Origin: Lachnospiraceae bacterium
Lineage (GTDB): Bacteria > Bacillota > Clostridia > Lachnospirales > Lachnospiraceae
DNA length: 64,000 nt
Reading direction: 5' to 3'
Assembly (NCBI GenBank): GCA_045629045.1
Contig: JAZQQM010000052.1
Location: 6,585 to 70,584, forward strand
The translations under genes were made by a program, and so were the position numbers. Below, piece by piece: positions 48,447-56,783 of this stretch. The notes beneath the pieces were generated by a model. It saw nothing but the letters and a program-made list of their open reading frames with translations. It had not been told where the DNA came from and made no database searches. Numbering within the stretch: position 1 is the first letter of the stretch; each line of letters starts with the position of its first letter.

Positions 48447-49849
48447 TATTGGAAGCCCTCCTCATCTTTGACTGACGGTAATAATCCGTAAACAACCAGT
48501 GATACCGCAGCAGTTACAATGAATACCATGATTCCGATTACGGCTGCCATCTTATAATCAGAGTCGTTAACCGTCATCTTATAAAGCCAGGTTACCAGCA
48601 AATCGGTATATCCCGCCTTTCCGGCAAGTACCTGTGACTGGGGTTTACCCTGTGTAAGAAGGAAAATAACGTTAAAGTTATTAAGGTTACCGGTATATTG
48701 TGTAAGCAGGAAAGGTCCTGTTACGAAAAGCATATAAGGTAATGTTATTGATTTGAACATCTGGAATTTGTTTGCACCGTCTATCTTTGCAGACTCAAAC
48801 AAATCTTCCGGAATATTCATAAGTAATCCTGTACAGATAAGCATCGAATAAGGAAGACCTATCCAACAGTTAACCAATATAATCGTAAATCTGGCCCAGT
48901 TGGGATTCTGCCAGAAAGGAAGCGGATCGTTAATCCATCCCCAGCTAAGCAGGTAGGAATTAATAAGACCGTCCGATGCAAACAGCTTATAAATATATAA
49001 AAGTGAAACAAACTGCGGAACTGCAATTGTAACAACAAGAATTGTACGCCACAACTTCTTAAATTTAATTCCCTTTCGGTTAATAAGCATTGCTGCTCCC
49101 ATACCTAAGAAATATGTTGTAAAGGTAGCAAATAAAGCCCATATAAGGGTCCAGCCCAAAACCGTAAGGAATGTGCTTCCAAATCCCTCTGTCGAGAATG
49201 AGAATAAGTTTTTGAAGTTTTCAAATCCAACCCATGTAAAGAGTTTTGACGGTGCCTGATGATTATAGTCATAATTCGTAAATGCGATACAAATCATGAA
49301 TACTATAGGCAAAACCACAAATGCAAATACGCCTGCCATAGGAATGGCAAGAAGTGTTTTATCGATATTTTTATCGAATAAAGATAAGAAATCTTCCTTT
49401 GCCGTGGGTATACGCTTACCTGCCTTAAGGAGCTGTTCTTCCTTATAATTCTCCTTAATGTTAAGTCTCCACAAATAAACAATAAGCAAGATTATAATTA
49501 TGCTCAGAAGACTGTACAAAAGTATAAGGAAACTGTTATCACCGTATGATTTCGTACCATCCGGATTAAAGCCACTGCCTTTTGTTCCCAGTGTTCCGAA
49601 ATCTTTAAGATATTTCATTCCGAATCCAAAAAGATAAAAGAAGAATCCGCCTTCACACGCCAGGAAACCAAGACCTCTAAGCCATGATCCTCGCATGATT
49701 TCTCCGAATCCCATAATTAAGAACGAAACTCTGGTTTTCCAGTCGCCTTTTGAAAAGGTAGTTCCTATCTCACGAATATCCTTCACCAATCCTGTAAAAA
49801 ATGCGGCTATAGGATTCGGTGCTACCTTTTTCGTTCCCTTTCTGCCCAT
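48446..49849 (-). CDS. Sugar ABC transporter permease (MalF-like)
   Basis: Start trimmed to MGRKGTKK (ATG 49849, GGAGG RBS). EAA loop ESAKIDGANKFQMFKSITLP. Confidence 0.85.
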   Translation of the reverse strand: MGRKGTKKVAPNPIAAFFTGLVKDIREIGTTFSKGDWKTRVSFLIMGFGEIMRGSWLRGLGFLACEGGFFFYLFGFGMKYLKDFGTLGTKGSGFNPDGTKSYGDNSFLILLYSLLSIIIILLIVYLWRLNIKENYKEEQLLKAGKRIPTAKEDFLSLFDKNIDKTLLAIPMAGVFAFVVLPIVFMICIAFTNYDYNHQAPSKLFTWVGFENFKNLFSFSTEGFGSTFLTVLGWTLIWALFATFTTYFLGMGAAMLINRKGIKFKKLWRTILVVTIAVPQFVSLLYIYKLFASDGLINSYLLSWGWINDPLPFWQNPNWARFTIILVNCWIGLPYSMLICTGLLMNIPEDLFESAKIDGANKFQMFKSITLPYMLFVTGPFLLTQYTGNLNNFNVIFLLTQGKPQSQVLAGKAGYTDLLVTWLYKMTVNDSDYKMAAVIGIMVFIVTAAVSLVVYGLLPSVKDEEGFQ

Positions 49850-49887
49850 AATTATAACCTCCACTGCTATCCCTTAAATAGTTTTAT

Positions 49888-49930
49888 CTATTTTTAAAAA
49901 TAAGGGCGGCGGAATCTAAAACCGCCGCCC
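49888..49930 (-). terminator. Intra-operon hairpin after the solute-binding protein gene
   Basis: gggcggcgg-...-ccgccgccc, followed by a T-rich tail on the minus strand. Confidence 0.6.
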
Positions 49931-49958
49931 CTTTTAAATCATATTCGTATCAAATTGA

Positions 49959-51281
49959 TTACTGAACGTAAGAGAACATCTTCTCCTGGAATGTTGTAAG
50001 TGCTGCCTTAACATCTTCATCTGAAGAAGCTGTTGAAAGAACACCTGTAGAAACAATGTCATCACCTAAAGCTGTTGCATCGCCCCAATAATCTCCGGGG
50101 TACTGTCCCTGAGGAATTGTGAATGCTAACTGCTCTGCCAAAGCTGAAAGTGCAGGGTCAGACTTAACTGCTTCTGACTGCTGAGCTTCGATGTTTGAAG
50201 GGCCCCAACCTACTGCTTCGTATCTTGCCTGCTGAATTTCAGCTGATGTTAAGTACTGTGCAAGAGCGTTACATACTGCAAGCTTTCCTGCATCTTCCTG
50301 AGGCTTAACACCTAAGAGCTTAAATCCGCCAAATCCTGACATCTGGTATGTCTTACCGTCACTGCCTTCGAATGAAGGAAGCTTAGCACAAGCATAGTTA
50401 TCACCGAATGTAGCCTGAGCACTTGCAGAATCCCATGTACCGTCAACGATAGCACCGATGTTAACACCGTTATCGATAGAAGAACCGTTCTGGAATGACT
50501 TAGATGAAGCTAACTCAATCATTTCCTTAAGAGCAACTACACCTGCATCAGAATCATAGTTTACATTAGCGCCTGTGAAGTTACCGTCTGAATCTGTATC
50601 AAATGTTAATTCACAACCTGTTGCAAAGAAGAATGCTGTCTGGTACCAACCTGAGTTGATTTCCATGTAGAAGTTCTTACCTGCTGCTTCACAATCTGCT
50701 ACTACCTTCTCTAAAGAAGTAGGATCTGTAACAACTGACTTATCATAATATAAGAAGTAACCATTATCAGATGTTAAAGGATAAGCGTAGATTGTATCAC
50801 CAACTGTAGCTGCGCCAACTGCACCTGCATCGTTATTTGTTGAAACGAATGTTGCGTTGTCGCCCATAACAGGTGATAAAGCACCTGCAGAAACAAGTCT
50901 TGCAATCTGATCCTGTGCGAAGTTGTAAAGGTCAGCACCACCGATTACGTCTGTAATCATGTTACCTGCTGCATCGCCTTCACCTACAGGCTCAACTGTA
51001 AATGTGTAACCTGACATATCAGGGTTAGCTGCGAAGAACTCTGTAACCTTCTCTGTTGTGAAATCAACTGTAGCTTCGGGAGCCCAGATCTTGATTTCTC
51101 CTGTTCCGTAATCAACTGCCTCAGCAGCGGGTGCTTCATCTGCGGGTGCTGCTTCCTCGGTTGTTGCTTCTGTAGCTGTATCTGCTGCAGGAGCTGCGGC
51201 TTCTTCTGTCGAACCGCCACATGCAGTAAGGCCAAGTACCATTGCTGCACTAAGAATTGTTGCTAACAATTTCTTTTTCAT
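49959..51281 (-). CDS. Extracellular sugar-binding lipoprotein (maltodextrin/MalE-like family 1 SBP)
   Basis: Lipobox LTACGGS and an Ala/Glu/Thr-rich linker. The body is SBP_bac_1-like. Confidence 0.8.
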   Translation of the reverse strand: MKKKLLATILSAAMVLGLTACGGSTEEAAAPAADTATEATTEEAAPADEAPAAEAVDYGTGEIKIWAPEATVDFTTEKVTEFFAANPDMSGYTFTVEPVGEGDAAGNMITDVIGGADLYNFAQDQIARLVSAGALSPVMGDNATFVSTNNDAGAVGAATVGDTIYAYPLTSDNGYFLYYDKSVVTDPTSLEKVVADCEAAGKNFYMEINSGWYQTAFFFATGCELTFDTDSDGNFTGANVNYDSDAGVVALKEMIELASSKSFQNGSSIDNGVNIGAIVDGTWDSASAQATFGDNYACAKLPSFEGSDGKTYQMSGFGGFKLLGVKPQEDAGKLAVCNALAQYLTSAEIQQARYEAVGWGPSNIEAQQSEAVKSDPALSALAEQLAFTIPQGQYPGDYWGDATALGDDIVSTGVLSTASSDEDVKAALTTFQEKMFSYVQ

Positions 51282-51407
51282 TAGTAAATCCTCCGTTTAA
51301 TATGTTGTTTTCTACTCCATCTATAGTAAAGTTTCATAGATTTTAATAATCAATTCATGTAGTTTCGAGTACTACTTAGAATTCGTGAAACGCCTTAGTG
51401 GACTAAT

Positions 51408-51555
51408 GGAAAACGTTTTTCTTGTCTTTAACTAATATACACAAATCATTTCATTATGTCAAGACTTCTGCGCAACTGCCGACGGCTTTTCGCGCAACTG
51501 GTTGCGCATATTGATTTTTGTGGATTTGTTTGGAAAATTTTCGGAAAACGTTTTC
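51408..51555 (-). promoter_or_regulatory. Promoter of the sugar ABC operon with two LacI-family-type operators
   Basis: The minus strand reads TTGACA (51462-51457), 17 nt, then TATATT (51439-51434). Operator ggaaaacgtttttc (51408-51421) lies just downstream of -10. The perfect palindrome gaaaacgttttc (51544-51555) lies about 85 nt upstream of -35. Confidence 0.6.
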
Positions 51556-51661
51556 TATGAATAAAAAATTTTTTTATTTTTTTTTGTTCTTTTATTCTTT
51601 TTAATTCTTTTCATATGTTTTTACGCATTCAGATTTATTTTTCTCTTTTTTCTCTTTTTCT

Positions 51662-51795
51662 CCGTGATCTTCTGCCCTATCACACCTGATTTACGGATGC
51701 AGAGCCTCATTTCTCCCTTTTATCCGTAATCTTCTGCCCTATCACACCTGGTTTTACGGATAAAAGGCGGCTTTCCTCTATATTCTCCGTAAAAC
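51662..51795. repeat. About 62-nt tandem repeat (two full copies plus a partial third)
   Basis: ccgtgatcttctgccctatcacacctgatttacgg (51662-51696) and ccgtaatcttctgccctatcacacctggttttacgg (51724-51759) are separated by 27-nt segments that are themselves about half identical. A third ccgtaaaac begins at 51787. Confidence 0.7.
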
Positions 51796-51868
51796 AGCGT
51801 GTTGCCATTATTCGCATGCATAATGATTTCTATTGGACGACATAGTAAACAGCCCATCCAACAAGCAT

Positions 51869-51898
51869 CAAAAAAAGTCCGGCTCAAAGAGCCGGACT
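51869..51898 (-). terminator. Rho-independent terminator of ftsZ
   Basis: agtccggctc-tttg-agccggact, followed by TTTTTTT on the minus strand. Confidence 0.85.
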
Positions 51899-51967
51899 TA
51901 AAATATAGAATACAATTAATATATACTGCCTAACAATACAAGCTAATATACCAAATAGCCAATCAAT

Positions 51968-53188
51968 TTATTTCTTCTGTAAGAAGTCTGGAATGTTAAG
52001 TTTAGTTTCCTTAACGTTACTCCTTATATCGGAAGGTGATGAAATACTCGTAGGGGTCTGAATTGTAGGTGAAACCCTCGGAATATTTGATGTTGAACGA
52101 TTCTGAAGTACATTAAGTTCAGAAGCTACGCCGCTTGGAGCAGCAGGTCTGTTGCCAAAGCTGGGCATTGCAGCGGGACGAACCATATTAGTCTTAAAGA
52201 ATACGTTCTGAGCCGATGTAGCATTGGTAGGAAGCGAATCATCATGAATACCTGTAGCAATAACCGTAACAGTACATGTATCAGGCTCTGTAACATCAAA
52301 GTTGGCACCGAAGATAATGTTAACGTTATCTCCTGCTACTTCCTTAACCGAATCAGCTGCAATCTGAACATCCCATCCTGAAATATCACCGGTAACATTG
52401 ATAATAAGATCTGTTGCGCCGTTAACCGATGTATCAAGCAACGGAGACTCAATAGCCATCTTAGCTGCATCTGAAGCTTTATCTTCACCCTTTCCTTTAC
52501 CGATACCAACATATGCAACGCCCTTATCTTTCATAATGGTACGTACATCGGCAAAGTCTAAGTTAATCATTGCATTTTCATTAATCAAATCCGTAATACC
52601 CTGTACTGACTGCTGAAGTACTTCATCAGCCTTCTTAAGAGCATCAGGGAATGTTGTCTTACGGTCAATGATTTCATATATCTTCTCGTTAGGAATAACG
52701 ATCATTGTGTCAACACAGTCCTTGATTTTAGCAATACCTGCATTGGCATTCTTCATTCTTATATTACCTTCAAAAGGGAAAGGCTTAGTTACTACAGCAA
52801 TTGTAAGAATTCCCATATCTTTGGCAATCTTAGCAACTACGGGAGCTGCACCTGTACCGGTTCCGCCGCCCATACCGCATGTAACGAAAACCATATCTGC
52901 ACCCTTTAAAGCTGCCTGGATTTCATCTACATTTTCTTCAGCTGCCTTCTCACCAACCTCAGGTTGCGCACCTGCACCCAAACCTTTGGTAAGCTTCTCG
53001 CCAATCTGAATTACCTTAGGTGCTTTACATCTGCTAAGAGCCTGCTTATCAGCGTTGATACCGATAAATTCAACGTGTTTAACATTCTCATCAACCATTC
53101 TATCTATAGCATTGCCGCCCGCACCGCCTACTCCGGCTACTATTATTCGTGCACCTGCAATGTTATCATCTGTCTTAATCTCAAGCAC
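51968..53188 (-). CDS. ftsZ: Cell division protein FtsZ
   Basis: GVGGAGGNA and GGGTGTGAAP motifs. The start is GTG, with GGGAGG 9 nt upstream. Confidence 0.97.
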   Translation of the reverse strand: MLEIKTDDNIAGARIIVAGVGGAGGNAIDRMVDENVKHVEFIGINADKQALSRCKAPKVIQIGEKLTKGLGAGAQPEVGEKAAEENVDEIQAALKGADMVFVTCGMGGGTGTGAAPVVAKIAKDMGILTIAVVTKPFPFEGNIRMKNANAGIAKIKDCVDTMIVIPNEKIYEIIDRKTTFPDALKKADEVLQQSVQGITDLINENAMINLDFADVRTIMKDKGVAYVGIGKGKGEDKASDAAKMAIESPLLDTSVNGATDLIINVTGDISGWDVQIAADSVKEVAGDNVNIIFGANFDVTEPDTCTVTVIATGIHDDSLPTNATSAQNVFFKTNMVRPAAMPSFGNRPAAPSGVASELNVLQNRSTSNIPRVSPTIQTPTSISSPSDIRSNVKETKLNIPDFLQKK

Positions 53189-53414
53189 GGAAAAGTTCCT
53201 CCCTTACATGTTCCTCAAAATAATCGCATATTCTATAATACGTTTTTTTAGTTCATTTATCAATAAAAAAATGTGATAACAGACGTTTTTATTTATCCTC
53301 TTGTGTCTTGCAAATAGGCCATGTAATACATGTTGTGGTTTGACCTCGGAAAGCCATAAAATATCACAAGTTTTGTCTGAATCGGTCAACAAAAATATCA
53401 TCTGTTTGTCAAAA

Positions 53415-54242
53415 TCAGTCGGTTAAAACATTATCATCTGTCACATCGGTTTGCTTATCCTCCGTCACCAAAGCATCATCTATGTCTCTTCCTTTAAGTA
53501 TCTGATTTTCATCAGGTTCAAAAGATATATTCTTAGTTTCTTCCGTATATGTTTCCATACGAAGCACTCCGCTTCTGCCCTCGATTTCAGGCAGCATATA
53601 CTGAAGTTTCATTACTTTTTCATCAAGATTGACAGGTTCTCCCAAAGCAACCCTTATATTATCAAAGTACAAGGTTATAGTGCCGGTGGGCGAATAATAA
53701 ATTCGATCAATACTAAGATTATATTTATTAACCAGCTGAGTAATACTTAATATGGAAGTAAATATTGATGTATCCTCAACCGGAAGCTGCTCGTTAAGTA
53801 CAACATAGTCAAAATCAAGGCCCGTAACCATCGGAATTCCCCTGGTGGTTACATCCGCCGCTTCAACCACTGTACCTTCTTTATCGAAGTACATATATTT
53901 TTCGAGATATTCCACATAGCCTGCCACTGTCTTTTCATAAACATCTATCTTAATTGTATTTGGATCAAGAATGGACACATCCATTTTGGAAATAAAGGGG
54001 ACATCTTCTATACTCTTTTTGGCATACTTAACAGACAAATATAAGGAATTATCACCTAGCGGGCCGTCCATAACCATTGCCATTATTTCCTCATTTGAAT
54101 AATGTGTGTTTCCTTCCACATATGTAGTTGTTACTTTATAATTTTTGAGAATATAAAGAAGGCCTGCAGTAATAATTCCTATAACTGCAAGCGCAATAAC
54201 GAGCACTATAATAATACTTCTGTGATTACGATAATAACTCAA
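53415..54242 (-). CDS. ftsQ: Cell division protein FtsQ/DivIB (POTRA domain)
   Basis: Single N-terminal TM segment followed by a POTRA-like region (VEGNTHYSNEEI). Its position in the dcw cluster fits. Confidence 0.7.
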   Translation of the reverse strand: MSYYRNHRSIIIVLVIALAVIGIITAGLLYILKNYKVTTTYVEGNTHYSNEEIMAMVMDGPLGDNSLYLSVKYAKKSIEDVPFISKMDVSILDPNTIKIDVYEKTVAGYVEYLEKYMYFDKEGTVVEAADVTTRGIPMVTGLDFDYVVLNEQLPVEDTSIFTSILSITQLVNKYNLSIDRIYYSPTGTITLYFDNIRVALGEPVNLDEKVMKLQYMLPEIEGRSGVLRMETYTEETKNISFEPDENQILKGRDIDDALVTEDKQTDVTDDNVLTD

Positions 54243-54245
54243 TTA

Positions 54246-55397
54246 TTACTCCCTTATCAATATCCTTCTCTGAACCGAAAATACCAGTCCCACTTCAACA
54301 AGCAACGATACTATAGCAGAACCGCCGTAACTAATAAAAGGCAGTGAAATACCCGTATTGGGAATAAGATTTGTTACAACGGCAATATTCAAAATTACCT
54401 GTATCGCTATATGACCCGTAAATCCCACAACCAGAAGAGCTCCGTACATATCGGTTGCGTTGTTTGCCGTAACTATACATCTCCATATAAGTAACAGGAA
54501 AAGCAAAATAACGCACAATGCTCCGAAAAATCCAAGTTCTTCACAAATAATGGAAAAAATCATATCATTCTGAGCTTCCGGAAGGAATCCGAGCTTTTGC
54601 ATGCTCTGTCCTATACCTTTGCCGAAAAATCCTCCCGAACCTATGGCATACAGTGCCTGTAATGTCTGGAAACCTTTACCTGCAGCATATGCATCGGGAT
54701 CAAGCCATGCCAATACTCTTTCACCTCTGAATCCCATAGCGCTGTCTTTGTTATTGACAATCATAAAGACAATTAATCCTACAATTGCAATTCCTCCCAG
54801 TAACAGCAATCCGAATTTCCTATAGTCAGGGCTTACGACAAAGCACATCAAAAATGCAATTCCGAAAACAATAATAGCCGAACTAAGGTTTCTGGTAATG
54901 AAATAAATAGCAAGACACATGGGCATGGAGGCTGCCATAGCAACCAAAAAGCCCTTCCATGTAGAAATAGCACTTGTACCCATCTTACATACGATATGGG
55001 CCAAAGATATAATAATAGCCAATTTTGCAATCTCTGCAGGCTGAATCGAAACGCCGAAGAAAATAATCCATCTCTTTGCTCCGTTACGCTCAACTCCAAA
55101 AGGAATAATCAAAGCAAGCAAAATCAATGCCGCAAAATATGCCAATGCTGAAAACTTCTCCCATACTTGATAAGGGATAAGCGAAACTATGACCATAAAA
55201 ACAAGCCCGAGAGCCGTACTCGTGGCCTGCTTCTTAAAATAGTAAGCAGGGTCCCCATAGGACACACTGCCGTCATAAGAGCCGACGGAAAGCAGCACCA
55301 CCAGTCCAAACACCAGCAAAAATATAATTGTAAGCAACATTGTGGCATCAAAATATCTGCCTGTTGCACTCTTTTTTAATGAAAATCTGTTAGCCAA
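54246..55397 (-). CDS. ftsW: FtsW/RodA/SpoVE-family peptidoglycan glycosyltransferase
   Basis: 10 TM. Motifs are SIQPAEIAKL, LPEAQNDMIFS and PFISYGGS. Confidence 0.9.
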   Translation of the reverse strand: MANRFSLKKSATGRYFDATMLLTIIFLLVFGLVVLLSVGSYDGSVSYGDPAYYFKKQATSTALGLVFMVIVSLIPYQVWEKFSALAYFAALILLALIIPFGVERNGAKRWIIFFGVSIQPAEIAKLAIIISLAHIVCKMGTSAISTWKGFLVAMAASMPMCLAIYFITRNLSSAIIVFGIAFLMCFVVSPDYRKFGLLLLGGIAIVGLIVFMIVNNKDSAMGFRGERVLAWLDPDAYAAGKGFQTLQALYAIGSGGFFGKGIGQSMQKLGFLPEAQNDMIFSIICEELGFFGALCVILLFLLLIWRCIVTANNATDMYGALLVVGFTGHIAIQVILNIAVVTNLIPNTGISLPFISYGGSAIVSLLVEVGLVFSVQRRILIRE

Positions 55398-55406
55398 ATA
55401 ACCTAC

Positions 55407-56783
55407 CTACAATGCGTTAACCATATCTTTGAACATCTGTCCGCGCACTTCATAGTTGGGGAACATTCCCCAGCTGGCACAGGCAGGTGAAAGCAATACC
55501 GCATCGCCCTCTTTTGCTTCTTTTACACAAATATCAAATGCTTCTTCAAAGGTATCTGCCATGACAACGTTGGAAATTCCGTGCTTCTTGGCACACTCCG
55601 CGATTTTTTCTTTAGTCTGTCCGATAAGTACGAAACACTTCACCTTGTTGTCGAAGGCTTCTATCCATTCATCGTAATCGCTTAACTTATCATAACCGCC
55701 GCCTATTAACACAGTAGGTTTTGACATGGCACGAATTCCCTGAATAGCCGCATCGGGATTTGTTCCCTTTGAGTCATTGTAATAATCCACGCCCCTCTTG
55801 GTGGCAACATACTCGATACGATGTTCAACCGCCTTAAATGTTTTAACTGTCTGAAGAATAATGTCCATAGGCACGCCCATTGCCTTTGAAATAAGAATTG
55901 CCGCCATAACATTTTCAACATTACACATTCCAACAAGATTCATCTCATGAATATTCATCAGAACCTGAGTAAATCCCTTTTCATTAAGCACAATATCCTC
56001 TCCGGACAAATATATACCGTCTTCAAGCACACGCTTTGAAGAGAAAAATTTAACTTTAGCCGGACATTTAGATGCATATTCTCTCAAAATCGCATCTTCG
56101 TAATTAAGTACACAGGTCTCTTCTTTTGTCTGCTTAAGTGCAATATTTTCCTTTGTCTCGGCATAACATGCCATAGTATGATGGCGGTTAAGATGATCCG
56201 GTGTAATATTAAGGATTGCACTTACATCCGGTTTAAATTCATATGCCGTTTCAAGCTGAAAACTGCTTATTTCCGCAACACTTACGGAATCATCATTCGT
56301 ATCAAGGCATACATCCGTAAATGGATTACCGATATTTCCCACTACAAATACATTTTCTTTGGAAACATAGGCCTTCATAATATCCCCCACCAGTGTTGTG
56401 GTAGTGGTCTTACCGTTAGTTCCCGTAATTCCTATTAATCTGCCCTTAAAGAAGCAATAGCCTAATTCTATCTCACCCCATACAGGTATATCTTTGGACT
56501 TAAATTTAAGAACAAGTTCGGAATCAATCGGTACTCCCGGAGAAATAACTGCCATAAATAAATCAGCAAACATCTCATCCGGTACGGTTTCCAGAATAAA
56601 TTCAACCTCTGCTATCTCAGGATTCTTCTCCTTAACAGCATCTATGTCAAGTTGTCCGTTTCCATCAAACATAATCGGTGTTGCACCGACTTTTAACAAT
56701 AGCTTTGAAGCACCGATTCCGCTCTTTCCGGAACCGACAACCAATACTCTTTTTCCTTGGAAATCTTTGGCCATAATACTCAT
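55407..56783 (-). CDS. murD: UDP-N-acetylmuramoylalanine--D-glutamate ligase
   Basis: VLVVGSGKSG and GITGTNGKTTTT. ATG 56783 overlaps the PBP stop (ATGA); the alternative start is 56774. Confidence 0.92.
   Translation of the reverse strand: MSIMAKDFQGKRVLVVGSGKSGIGASKLLLKVGATPIMFDGNGQLDIDAVKEKNPEIAEVEFILETVPDEMFADLFMAVISPGVPIDSELVLKFKSKDIPVWGEIELGYCFFKGRLIGITGTNGKTTTTTLVGDIMKAYVSKENVFVVGNIGNPFTDVCLDTNDDSVSVAEISSFQLETAYEFKPDVSAILNITPDHLNRHHTMACYAETKENIALKQTKEETCVLNYEDAILREYASKCPAKVKFFSSKRVLEDGIYLSGEDIVLNEKGFTQVLMNIHEMNLVGMCNVENVMAAILISKAMGVPMDIILQTVKTFKAVEHRIEYVATKRGVDYYNDSKGTNPDAAIQGIRAMSKPTVLIGGGYDKLSDYDEWIEAFDNKVKCFVLIGQTKEKIAECAKKHGISNVVMADTFEEAFDICVKEAKEGDAVLLSPACASWGMFPNYEVRGQMFKDMVNAL

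Noticed and set aside
51662-51759. CRISPR-like geometry: two 35-36-nt repeats separated by a 27-nt spacer
   Set aside because: There are only two full repeats. The 'spacers' are themselves about 50% identical to each other, so this is a tandem duplication of a 62-nt unit. No cas genes or leader are present, and the repeat ends do not resemble known CRISPR repeats.
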